64,000 nt of DNA from an uncultured Actinomycetes bacterium (GTDB lineage Bacteria; Actinomycetota; Acidimicrobiia; IMCC26256; PALSA-610), in assembly GCA_963836365.1 (NCBI GenBank), contig CAWIJC010000006.1, positions 92,449-156,448 on the forward strand. The letters are read 5' to 3'. The position numbers and the translations under genes are program-made. Of this stretch, positions 50,155-59,310 are shown piece by piece. The notes under the pieces are model-generated. The model saw nothing but the letters and a program-made list of their open reading frames with translations. It made no database searches and was not told the origin of the DNA. Each line of letters opens with the position of its first letter. Position 1 is the stretch's first letter.

Positions 50155-51319
50155 GTGACGGGCCCGTCGTCGACGACGCGCGCGGTGCAAGGCACTGTGG
50201 CAATGTTCGTGCACGTGCTCGACGACCGGGCCGTGTCGTGGGTCGTCACCTCGGTCAGCCGTCAGCTCGCGGCGCGTCGTGTCGCTGTCGTCATCGTGTG
50301 TGCGCACAGCACGCCGGCGGGGCGGGAACGGCTTCCCGCGGACGTGATGTTCCACGACCTCGGTCTTAATTTCGCGCCGCACGACCTCGTACGCGGCGCC
50401 TCGTTTTTTTCGTTGGCTGCGGCGCGCCCGACCGGCAGTTGTGTTCGCGCACGGCGAAGGGCCGTCGCGTGTCGCGGTGTTGGCGAATTCGCTCGCGCGG
50501 CGGCCGGCGAGAATTGTGGTCGTCGAACACACTCACACGCCGACTTTCCGGCCACCGAGTCGCGTAAGAAGCGTCGCGAACGCGCGTGCTCTATCGGCGG
50601 GCGGACACTGTCGCCGGCGTTGCTCCCGCGGTGGTCGAGGAGGTAGAGGAACGCGTCGCCGGCGTAACAGGGCGGACGACGGTCCTGCCCAGTGTCGGAC
50701 CCGATACCGCGACGCTCGGCACGCGGGTGGGTGGCGCGCCCGAACATCCATGGTTCGAAGGGGGTGACCGGCCCTTCGTGATCGTGTCGGTGGGAAACGT
50801 GCTTCCCCGCAAGGGCCAGGACGTCCTCGTGCGTGCGCTTCCCGCCATCCGTTCCGCCGTTGGGGACGCGGCGCCTGCTGCTCGTCGGTCGGCTCGACGA
50901 CGCGCAGTTCGCGGACGATCTCATCGCGCTCGCCGAACGCCTCGGAGTGGCGTCACAGGTCAGTCTCGTGGGGTTTCGGCGCGATCCGTTGCCGCTCGTC
51001 GCGCGCAGTCAGATCGCTGGCGCTCGCGTCGCACACCGAAGGGCTTCCGATGTCCCTGATCGAGGCGATGGCGTGCGGCGTTCCGGTCGTTTCCAGCAAC
51101 TGTCCCGCGGGGCCGGCGTACCTCCTGCGGAACGGACAGGACGGGCTCCTCGTTCCTGTTGGTGACCCGACAGCGATGTCCGACGCCATCATCCGAATCG
51201 CAACCGATGATGCGCTGCGCGCCCAGTTGATCGCTCGCGGCCGCGCCCGAGCTGAGATGTTCACGCCGGATGCGGTCGCGTCCCGGTATCTGGATGTCGC
51301 GACTCCGGCTCCCTCCTGA
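50155..51319 (+). pseudogene. Glycosyltransferase, GT4-like, at least 4 frameshifts (first at T7 50404-50410)
   Basis: The fragments read in order are: VAMFVHVLDDRAVSWVVTSVSRQLAARRVAVVIV; RWLRRARPAVVFAHGEGPSRVAVLANSL...VVVEHTH; LYRRADTVAGVAPAVVEEV...VSVGNVLPRKGQDVLVRAL; LLLVGRLDD...; HTEGLPMSLIEAMACGVPVVSS. Confidence 0.75.
50404..50410 (+). repeat. T7 homopolymer inside the GT4 gene, coinciding with its first frame break
   Basis: The sequence GCC TCG TTT TTT T CGT TGG CTG reads in frame if T6 is assumed (ASFFRWLRRARPAVVFAHG). A 7-nt A/T run is conspicuous in this G+C-rich sequence. Confidence 0.8.
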
Positions 51320-51343
51320 CTCCGGTGAACGAGTCCGAGCCGA

Positions 51344-52531
51344 TCATGGCCCGTCCCGACCATGATCCGCTTCGTGCGCTTCAATCGCCGTCCGATACAC
51401 GTCGAGCAGCGACGCGACCCCACGATCGGGTGCGTAACGCGCCTCGTATATCCGTCGACCTCGAGCGCCGACCTCATCGAGCGTGGCGCCGTCGGACAAG
51501 CGGCGAAGTGCGTCTTTCCATGCCGCGACGTCTCCGGCCGGGGCGAGCCAATCGCTTCCGAGGTCGATCACGATGTCGCGGGCGCCGGCTCGTGCGGCCG
51601 CGATCACCGGAAGGCCCGCGGACAACGCTTCGACGATCGCGAACCCGAACGTCTCGTCGCTGAGGGACGGAAACGCCAACGCCCGCGCTTGCAGCATGAG
51701 ATCGTGTACGGCTTCCGGCGGCAACCACCCGGTGAACCGCACCCCCGCGATCGCATGCCGTTCGTACTCGCATCGACGGGGCCCGTCGCCGACGACGACG
51801 AGCTCCAGCGCCGGAGGCGGTGCCGCTGCCCATGCATCGAGCAGCACCCCGATCCCTTTTTCCTCGCTGATCCGTCCGGCATACAGAACGATCGATGAGC
51901 TCGAAGGAGGCGATCGCCGAGGGCCCACGTCCGGAACGGCATGCGGCCGCACGACGATTCGGCTCTCGGGCAGCCCGCCCGCGACCGCGATGCGTCTCAT
52001 GTGCTCGGACGGTGCAATGAACCGGTCGACGGAATCCGACCAGGTTCCTCGCACACGGTTGAACGAGATCGTCGCCGCTGCTGCTGCCGACATCGTCGTC
52101 GAGCCCTTGTAACAACGGTGGCGGACTCCTGCCCACGGCGACTTGCCGACGCACTCGTAGCACGGGCTGCCGTTGCGAAAAAGAAAGCCGTTCATACAGC
52201 TGAGTCGATAGTTGTGAAGCGTCATCACGACGGGTACGTGCTCCGCGTGAAGTGCGGCGACGACAGATGGGGAAAGCCGGAACCATGTGTTGTGAACATG
52301 CGCGACGTCAGGCCGGCATGATTGCACTGCCCGTCGCAACGCGCGGGCGCTCAGCGGATTCCACGGCGACGCGAGCACGCCGGCGGCAGACGCTCGGGGA
52401 CTGGTGTCGTTGGTGACGTGATACTTGACGACGTTGTGACCCGAGAAGCGAAGCAACTGCTCTTCGACGGCAACGACGGTGTCTTCGCCTCCGGTGTTGC
52501 GATATCTGTTGTGCACCTGCAGGATCCGCAC
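51344..52531 (-). CDS. Glycosyltransferase, GT4-like, intact
   Basis: It starts MRILQVHNRYRNTGGED. Motifs are VLYAGRISEEKGIGVLLDAW and FPSLSDETFGFAIVEALSAGLPVIAA. Confidence 0.85.
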   Translation of the reverse strand: MRILQVHNRYRNTGGEDTVVAVEEQLLRFSGHNVVKYHVTNDTSPRASAAGVLASPWNPLSARALRRAVQSCRPDVAHVHNTWFRLSPSVVAALHAEHVPVVMTLHNYRLSCMNGFLFRNGSPCYECVGKSPWAGVRHRCYKGSTTMSAAAAATISFNRVRGTWSDSVDRFIAPSEHMRRIAVAGGLPESRIVVRPHAVPDVGPRRSPPSSSSIVLYAGRISEEKGIGVLLDAWAAAPPPALELVVVGDGPRRCEYERHAIAGVRFTGWLPPEAVHDLMLQARALAFPSLSDETFGFAIVEALSAGLPVIAAARAGARDIVIDLGSDWLAPAGDVAAWKDALRRLSDGATLDEVGARGRRIYEARYAPDRGVASLLDVYRTAIEAHEADHGRDGP

Positions 52532-52540
52532 AGCTGCGTC

Positions 52541-53321
52541 TCACTTGGATGGACGAATGCGCCGCCTGCGTGCGACCTGGGAACTGGCACCGCGGTAGCG
52601 CTCCCGCAGAGCTCGCGCCATCGCCGCTTCGTATCGACGGACCTCACGCGCCGCACGCGGCCGCGGTTCGCCCGTCAAGTAGCGCGAGAGGTGCTCTCTT
52701 GCAGTACGCGGGTCGCCTCCGATCGCGACCATGTAGCGCCACCCGACGGAACCCGGCTCGGTGAGGTGCCCGATCGCCTCCGCCGGACGCCACGCGCCCA
52801 GCAGCGCGCCCCGTGCGGATGACGTAGTGAGAAAGGTCGAACAGCGGGTCGTACCCGAAGCGGCTCGCTTCCCAATCGACGAGCGCGACCCGATCGGTCG
52901 TCGGCAAGATGTTCCACGGGGCGAAATCGCCATGGACGACAAACCCGCGCTCCGTCGTCGCAAGCGCGATCGCCGCAACCAACGCGTCCTCGAGCGTTGG
53001 CTCCGCGGTCGGATTCCGACGCTTGACGAGATCCGTCACGAGTGCTTGGTGATGATCGAACTGTTTGTGGCGCCGCAACGTCGGCACTCGGAACCCGACC
53101 TCGCTGCCCATGAGCGTCGCGAGCGTCGCAGCTTCGGTCTGCAACCCGCGGTCGTCGGCCCGGCCCGCCTTCACGATCACCCCGCTGCCATCGGCGCAGA
53201 CGAGGGCGAACAGCCAGCGGTCGGTCTCGCGAACGTGCAAGACGGCGGCGGCGTCGTATTGGACGCGTGCCAGCGCGATCAGGCGATCGGCGTACGGCTC
53301 CGGAAGTGGCCGGTGAGGCAT
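52541..53321 (-). pseudogene. Aminoglycoside-phosphotransferase-like (APH/choline-kinase fold) kinase, one frameshift near 52815
   Basis: It starts at ATG 53321 (MPHRPLPEPY). Its catalytic region is FVVHGDFAPWNILPTTDRVALVDWEASRFGYDPLFDLSHYV. The tail lies in ORF 52541..52978. It ends 10 nt upstream of the GT4 start. Confidence 0.6.
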
Positions 53322-53659
53322 GGCCGGGAGGGTGCGTTCCGCCAAAGTGGCCGCCGCGCGCGAGCCGCCTCCTCGGTTGGTAGAGCACCCGGACGGCGGC
53401 GGCGCCGCATCGTCCCGACGTCGTCCACATCTGCACACGCCGCGGCGTCGGGAGAACCCGGTGCCACTCAGCTGGTTGTGACGGCGCGGCCGAGCTGCGA
53501 ACGCCGTCAACGGCGGACGGTTTCATTGCGCGCGTCCTCGACGAAGCGCAGCGCTTCTCCTGGCAGACATTGGTCGTGGCCCCACTGGAGTTGCTGCTCC
53601 GCTCTGCAGCTCGTACCGACTGGCGCAGCGTACTGTCTTCGCCCGCAGGCACAGCGAAG

Positions 53660-54400
53660 TCATCGGTGTGCTTCGACCGTCGCGTGCGCAGTTCGGTCTG
53701 CGACCGAGGGACGCGCTCGAGCGCGGCTCTGTGTCGTTACCGCGTCGGTGATCTTCAACGCGTCGTAGACGAAGAACGTCCCGACGAGCAGCCCACCGAG
53801 CACGTCTATCGGGTAGTGAGCACCACTCGTCACGACCGCGGCACCGACGACCAGGGGAAGAGCAACAACCGCGTAACGAAGGCGTGGGTGACCTCCGAGA
53901 ATGCACCACGCGAACGTCGCACAAGCCGCGGCCGCAGTGACATGACCTGAGGGAAACTCCAATGAACCTCCGTACGCATGGTGGCGCGCCACAAGCGGCT
54001 TCAACACGAAGTCGGCAAAGGACACGGCTGCGATGCAGGCCAAGGACCCGACTACAGCAACGCGCACGCGATGAGCGACGCAGGCGACAACGGCGAGGCC
54101 GAAGGTCGCGCCCAACGCCGCGACGGTCGACAGCGTTGCGACGAGGTGCGCACGCGGCAGAGGATGACGTCTCAAGAAAGAGGCGACCGACCGTTCCCAC
54201 GGTGTCGCGTCCTTGGAGTGCCAGACGGAAGCGCTCAGAGCGACGAAGGCAGCGACGGCCAGGGCGTGCACACACACCACAACCGCAACGCGGGTGGCCG
54301 TTCGCTCCGAGGGGTCGACCCTTCCTCGCGATCGGTTGCTCATCGCTTCCCGGCGCTCATCGTTCATGAGCCGTACATCGCGGGCTTGCGTAGTGCACAA
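53660..54400 (-). CDS. PAP2-family (phosphatidic acid / undecaprenyl-pyrophosphate type) phosphatase
   Basis: Motifs are KPLVARHH, FPSGHVTAAAA and SGAHYPIDVLGGLLVG, within a TM-rich ORF. Alternative starts lie at 54367 and 54343. Confidence 0.8.
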   Translation of the reverse strand: MCTTQARDVRLMNDERREAMSNRSRGRVDPSERTATRVAVVVCVHALAVAAFVALSASVWHSKDATPWERSVASFLRRHPLPRAHLVATLSTVAALGATFGLAVVACVAHRVRVAVVGSLACIAAVSFADFVLKPLVARHHAYGGSLEFPSGHVTAAAACATFAWCILGGHPRLRYAVVALPLVVGAAVVTSGAHYPIDVLGGLLVGTFFVYDALKITDAVTTQSRARARPSVADRTAHATVEAHR

Positions 54401-54753
54401 TGACGACGATACGTGTACTTGCGCGGTTGAGGTGTCGTGGGCCTCCGGCAGGGAGCGTCGTTGCCGCCGACGTGGAGGCAGTTGCTCGTCTGCTCGTCTG
54501 ATGACGCCACGAGCTCGCCGTTCCGATGCAATGCCGTGCTTCGACCCGGACGGACCCAGTCTCGGGACATTTCGGGGGTGAAATGAACTCGCGTCTCGGC
54601 GATACGCGCTTGTGCGGGACGTGCAAGAGGCTGCGCGTCACGCCGACCCCGCGCACCACCATTCGCTACGACCGAGATCGCGTGAGCCCTCGACCGGCAC
54701 GCCACCTACATCGTCGCCACCTTCATCGCCGGCGCAGCCCGCTGACCTGCGGG

Positions 54754-55407
54754 TCAGGTCTCGCTGAGCTGCTCGAGTGCAGTCTCGAGTTCCATGAACC
54801 CGGCCCCGGCCCACCACAGTTGGTCCTCGGCATGCACGCCGCGGCCCGGATGCGTACGCCGCCAGTCCCGCTCATAGAACAACCCGATCGTCTCCGCCAG
54901 GTGCACACGCGCCGCATCGCGTTCCACCGTGACCTGTGCCCGCAACGCATCCCGGCTCGGCGGACCCTCCAGCGTGACGCCGTCGAGCCGGACTTGCGCG
55001 AGTGCCGAAAGCGCCGCGGCTTCACCGCCCGCGCCTTTGGCCCAAACCTGCACGCCTTGCTCAATCGCGTGGTTCCACACGGCCAGGCAGCGCCACCACC
55101 ACGACAACGGCAACTTCGAGAACCGCAATTCGTCCGCCAGCGCCTCCAGAGCGCCGTCCGTACCCGCTACGAAACGGACCCGACGGGTTCGTCGACCACG
55201 AACGCCAGCTCGACCCAGTCCAGCTCCTCGACACCCGTCAACAGCACGCCGTGCACATGCGCCGCGACAACGGTCGTCGACGGCCACCCGACAGCACGAT
55301 CCAGACCCTCGACGACATCGCGCAGACGGCTGATCGCGGTCGAGCGCTTCACGACCAAGATCGTCCCACAGCGCCCGCCGCGGGCCTCCGCCAGCGCGCA
55401 ATATCAC
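54754..55407 (-). pseudogene. Hypothetical protein (weak nucleotidyltransferase-like N-terminus), at least one frameshift
   Basis: The N-terminal text lies in ORF 55167..55358 (AISRLRDVVEGLDRAVGWPSTTVVAAHVHGVLLTGVEELDWVELAFVVDEP). The C-terminal text lies in ORF 54754..55407 (ALEALADELRFSKLPLSWWWRCLAVWNHAIEQG). I recognise no family with confidence. Confidence 0.3.
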
Positions 55408-55462
55408 GCCAGAGCGAAGGCAATTTGAGCGGCTTGACTCTCAAGTAGCCCGAGGTCGGACC

Positions 55463-56212
55463 ATGGGTAGCGTGAGGGGCGAGAATCTCGTGAGTATCGG
55501 TGCGTTCTCCGTGCTCACTGGCCTGTCGATCCCGACGCTGCGTCACTACGACGATGTGGGTCTGTTGCGCCCGCTCGCCGTCGACCATCGCAGCGGCTAC
55601 CGCCGGTACGGACTCGACCAGGTGCCGATCGCACGGTTGATACGTGCATTGCGCGTGGTCGAGGTTCCCATCGATGCGATCCGCGACGTCCTCGACGCGT
55701 GTGACGATGCCGACGTCGCTCGTCGGATCCTCAGCTCGCATCGGGACCAGCTCATTGCAAGAAGCCGCGAGGTGACGGACATGATCGCCGTGTTGAACAA
55801 CTACATCGAAAAGGGGATTCAGATGCCCGGATCCGTGGCTTGCCGCATCGTTGAGGTGAACATCGGCGTCGAGAACCTCGACGACGCCCGACGTTTCTAC
55901 GAGGCCGTCTTCGGCGTGACACTTGCCGAGGAGCGTCACGGCGACGGTCCGGCGCATCTGTTCGCAACGTTTGGTTCGTGGCCGAGTTCGGAGTTCTTCC
56001 TCTTGAACCTGAGTGACGCGCAACGCGATCCTTACCGCGCTGGTCGAGCGAACTTCGGGTTTCTCGTCGACGATCTCGACGCCGCCCACAAGCGGGGCCT
56101 GACCGCTGGCGGTACCGAGATCAGCGCACCCCACGATGAGCCGGGAATGCCTAGAACCTCGGCGATCGTCGATCCGAGCAACAACTTGATCCACCTTTAC
56201 CAGAACGCCTGA
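55463..56212 (+). CDS. MerR-family regulator fused to a glyoxalase/VOC-like domain
   Basis: It has a MerR HTH (IGAFSVLTGLSIPTLRHYDDVGLLRP, RSGYRRY), a coiled-coil, and a VOC-like C-terminus (VNIGVENLDDARRFYEAVFGV...IVDPSNNLIHLYQ). The real start may be GTG 55490. Confidence 0.8.
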   Translation: MGSVRGENLVSIGAFSVLTGLSIPTLRHYDDVGLLRPLAVDHRSGYRRYGLDQVPIARLIRALRVVEVPIDAIRDVLDACDDADVARRILSSHRDQLIARSREVTDMIAVLNNYIEKGIQMPGSVACRIVEVNIGVENLDDARRFYEAVFGVTLAEERHGDGPAHLFATFGSWPSSEFFLLNLSDAQRDPYRAGRANFGFLVDDLDAAHKRGLTAGGTEISAPHDEPGMPRTSAIVDPSNNLIHLYQNA

Positions 56213-56347
56213 GCAGAGCGCGGAGGAGAGGAGAGCGCCATATCTGCCTGATCGGCTTCGATCGGCTCACCCCGACGAACCCGATCGGGCATGATGCGCT
56301 CGCAGACGCGTCGAGGTTCTCGCAGCAGTGCTGGCTTTGAGAAATGG

Positions 56348-56893
56348 CTAGGAGTTGGTGGACGTTGGGGGAACGCCTGCGAGCGCGAGCAGCTGTTGCG
56401 TTTGTGCGTCGCTTGTGTCGTACCGCTGGTCGAGGCGCGTGATCTTGCCTGCGCGGACGGCCACGATTGCAGTTCCAATCACGCGGTTGATGCCATTGGG
56501 GAATTGCGCTGAGCGCGTGGTGGTATTGACGGTGACGATGTCGCCCACGGTTTTGGGTTCGCTCAAGGTCACCTTCACTTGGTTGGCGGCCGCGCCACTC
56601 CAGTGCTCGCGTATGGCGGCTTGACCGAGGCAGGGGTTGCAACCTCCGAGCGGGGTGATCAACACGGCGTTGGGCGCGAAGTAGGCAATGGAGGCTGCGA
56701 CGTTGCCCTGGTTGAGCGCGTTGTTCTCGTTGTTCAGGACCTCGAATGGTGTCGGGCCGGCTGGCCGCGAGGTGCTTGACTCGGCCGGGTTGGTGTTCGT
56801 TGGTGTGGGCGCGGCCCCTTGTTGAGGCTTGCTGCTGCTCCCACAAGCAGCGAGCGCGAGCGCAAGCGGAACGATGAACAGCGAACGGCGCAT
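56348..56893 (-). CDS. Lipoprotein with NTF2/SnoaL-like domain
   Basis: It is the C-terminal 181 codons of ORF 56348..57736. ATG 56893 has GGAGAC upstream. It has a signal peptide with a lipobox (MRRSLFIVPLALALAACGSS) and a small alpha+beta domain text (AASIAYFAPNAVLITPLGG...IREHWSG). Confidence 0.7.
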   Translation of the reverse strand: MRRSLFIVPLALALAACGSSSKPQQGAAPTPTNTNPAESSTSRPAGPTPFEVLNNENNALNQGNVAASIAYFAPNAVLITPLGGCNPCLGQAAIREHWSGAAANQVKVTLSEPKTVGDIVTVNTTTRSAQFPNGINRVIGTAIVAVRAGKITRLDQRYDTSDAQTQQLLALAGVPPTSTNS

Positions 56894-56953
56894 TAAAGGT
56901 CTCCAGTCCGTCGTGCCGCCGTGCGACGGCGACCGCAACGGTCCGGGAAGCCG

Positions 56954-56982
56954 CTCGAATTGCACTCGAATCTCGCTCGAAC
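56954..56982 (+). promoter_or_regulatory. Three direct heptamer repeats CTCGAAT / CTCGAAT / CTCGAAC phased at exactly 11 bp (candidate SARP box)
   Basis: The repeats start at 56954, 56965 and 56976, in the 132-bp gap between the lipoprotein gene (-) and the SARP-family gene (+). They lie 44-72 bp upstream of ATG 57026. Confidence 0.55.
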
Positions 56983-57025
56983 CTCCTGGAGGCCGCTCGC
57001 AGCACGGCCGTAGGCTCGACCGATC

Positions 57026-59305
57026 ATGGAGTTCGAGATCCTCGGTCCCGTTCGAGTGGTGACCGAGAGCGGCGTGCGCCCGCTCGGCGGCGCTAAGGCA
57101 CGCACGGTCCTGGCCCTGCTCGTCGTCCGCGCGAACCACACCGTCTCGACCGACGCGCTCATCGACGCGCTGTGGGGAGAACATCCGCCCCGGTCCGCTG
57201 TTACGACGTTGCAGACATATGTGTACCAACTGCGCAAGCACGCTGGGATCGACGCGATCGTGACGCGGCCGACCGGCTACGCGCTCGACGTGGCGCGGGA
57301 GGCGGTCGATGCGTTGCGATTTGAGGACGCGGTCCGGACTGCGCCGGACCGTGCTCCCGGTGACGCCGCCGCGGCCCTTGCGGCGGCCCTCGCCGCCTGG
57401 CGGGGCCCCGCGCTTGCGGAAGTTCGCGACGCGTCGTGGGCGCAGGCCGACGCGATCCGGCTCGACACCCTGCGACTCGACGCGATCGAGCAACTGATCG
57501 ACGCGCGGCTGGCGCTCGGCGACCACAGAGCGCTCGTGGCGGAGCTGGAGTCGCTGGTCGGCGATCATCCCCTGCGGGAGCGATTCTCCGCCCAACTGAT
57601 GCTCGCGCTGTACCGGTGCAATCGACAGGCCGAAGCGCTGCGCGCGTGCGCCCGCCTGCGTTCGCATCTGCGCGACGAACTCGGGGTCGACCCGAGCCCA
57701 CATATCACGGAGCTCGAAACCGCGATCCTGAACCACGCGCCCGAACTCGCGCCACCCGCGCCGCCGCGTACCGCGACCGCTGAAATGCGCCGCCGCAGGC
57801 TGCCGGTCCTCCTCCTCGTCGGTGCGTCAGTTGTCTTGGCCGCCGGCGGCTTTGGGCTGTTTCACGACCGAAGAACGCGCGACACGTTCGCCGGGCCAGC
57901 CGGCTACGAACCGAGCTATCACGCTACGACCTGCCCGCCGGAGATCAGCAACGGAGACGCTACGGCGCAATGCGGAGTGCTGCGGGTACCGGAGGACCGC
58001 CAGCAGCCACACGGTCGGCAGATCGAACTCGGCGTGTTCCGATTCCCGACCAATGTCGGCCACCCGGCACCCGACCCGGTCGTGCAAATCGGGAGCACAT
58101 TTCGCCTCGCCGAACCGCCCGGCGATGCCACACTCCGCACGCGCGGTGACAGCATCTACCTGGCAGGCCGCGGCTTCTACGGCTCGAACCCGCGCCTCAC
58201 CTGTCCGAATGTCGAAGGTGCGGTACGCGCCGCGCTCGCACGACCCCTGCGCGACCCGCTTAACACCACGCAGTTCGTGGACGCCGCCGCGAGGTGCCGC
58301 GGCCGATGGCGCGCCCGCGGTGTCAACCTCGACGCATACTCGGCAACCGCGCGAGCTGACGACGTGCGGGACCTCGCGATCGTGCTGCATCTCCACCAAG
58401 TCAATCTCGTCGCAGCGGGCCCGTCGGCCAACGACGCTCGAGAAGTCGCCGCGCGGTATCCGAACCTCATTCGCAGCGTGACGCTCGTCAACGTCACGCC
58501 GACCGGCCCCGACGCCAACCGTTGGAACGGTGCCATCAGCGGCGCGGCGGCCGCGCTCGACCGCTTCATCGGCGAGTGCACAAACGACGAACGCTGTAAC
58601 CGCACCTATCCTGACCTCCGTCAGCGGCTGATCGCGACCTTCAACCGGCTCGAACGCAAGCCCGTCACCTTCACTGTTGCCGACCCCTACAAACCCGCGC
58701 ACGGGCGGCTGCCCGTGCGCATCGACGGCGACCGTGCCATGGAGTTACTGATGCAGGCGCTCGAAACGCCCGACGCCGCACAGCTCGTACCGGAGGCAAT
58801 CACCAGCCCGACGAGTGGGCCTGTCGTAGCCGAGTTCGCGGCCGACCATCTCATCGAGCCATACGACGCGTCCTGGGGTGCGTTGTTATCCCGTGTCTGC
58901 ATCGATGAGATCGCAAGCGTCGGGGTCGGTGGTCTAAACCTCGAAGCGCAAGCCGACCCGCTCCTTGCCTTCATGGCCGACGATCCGTTGCTCGAAGTAT
59001 GTGGCGCGTGGCGCACACCTCCAACGCAAACCGTCGCGCTTGCGCCGGTTGGGACGCCCACGCTCGTGCTTGAAGGCGAACTCGACCCGTTCACGGCACA
59101 CGACTGGGCGCAGAACGTCGCGCAGGACTTCGGTCACGCCACGGTCGTCGAACTCCCACACCTGGGACAAGTCGCGACCAGCGGCAACGACTGCGTACTC
59201 GGGCTCCGAGCCGAGTTCCTCGCGAACCCGCTGCGACCCCTTCCGGCGGACGTATGCGCGCGAGAACTCCCGCCGCTGCACTTCGTGGGAACCTCAACGC
59301 CCTAA
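57026..59305 (+). CDS. SARP-family (OmpR-type winged helix + BTAD) regulator fused through one TM helix to a TAP-like alpha/beta-hydrolase domain
   Basis: 759-aa uninterrupted ORF. It has a DNA-binding/BTAD region (MEFEILGPVRVV, LLVVRANHTVSTDALIDALWG, GYALDV...ALRFE, RERFSAQLMLALYRCNRQAEAL), a TM helix (LPVLLLVGASVVLAAGGFGLF, nt 57800-57862), and a hydrolase region (AQCGVLRVPEDRQQPHGRQIELGVF, IYLAGRGFYGSNPRLTC, LVAAGPSANDA, LVLEGELDPFT, ELPHLGQV). Confidence 0.8.
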   Translation: MEFEILGPVRVVTESGVRPLGGAKARTVLALLVVRANHTVSTDALIDALWGEHPPRSAVTTLQTYVYQLRKHAGIDAIVTRPTGYALDVAREAVDALRFEDAVRTAPDRAPGDAAAALAAALAAWRGPALAEVRDASWAQADAIRLDTLRLDAIEQLIDARLALGDHRALVAELESLVGDHPLRERFSAQLMLALYRCNRQAEALRACARLRSHLRDELGVDPSPHITELETAILNHAPELAPPAPPRTATAEMRRRRLPVLLLVGASVVLAAGGFGLFHDRRTRDTFAGPAGYEPSYHATTCPPEISNGDATAQCGVLRVPEDRQQPHGRQIELGVFRFPTNVGHPAPDPVVQIGSTFRLAEPPGDATLRTRGDSIYLAGRGFYGSNPRLTCPNVEGAVRAALARPLRDPLNTTQFVDAAARCRGRWRARGVNLDAYSATARADDVRDLAIVLHLHQVNLVAAGPSANDAREVAARYPNLIRSVTLVNVTPTGPDANRWNGAISGAAAALDRFIGECTNDERCNRTYPDLRQRLIATFNRLERKPVTFTVADPYKPAHGRLPVRIDGDRAMELLMQALETPDAAQLVPEAITSPTSGPVVAEFAADHLIEPYDASWGALLSRVCIDEIASVGVGGLNLEAQADPLLAFMADDPLLEVCGAWRTPPTQTVALAPVGTPTLVLEGELDPFTAHDWAQNVAQDFGHATVVELPHLGQVATSGNDCVLGLRAEFLANPLRPLPADVCARELPPLHFVGTSTP

Positions 59306-59310
59306 GAGGC

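Noticed and set aside
55432-55445. CTTGA-CTC-TCAAG dyad overlapping a TTGACT hexamer upstream of the MerR-VOC gene, considered as a MerR operator
   Set aside because: The arms are only 5 bp long, and no -10-like hexamer lies at the 19-20 bp spacing characteristic of MerR promoters.
59301-59306. CCTAAG just left of the IS5-like element equals the first 6 nt of the IS1380 terminal repeat
   Set aside because: It is only 6 nt, contains the TAA stop of the SARP-fusion gene, and does not continue the repeat. It is probably coincidence.
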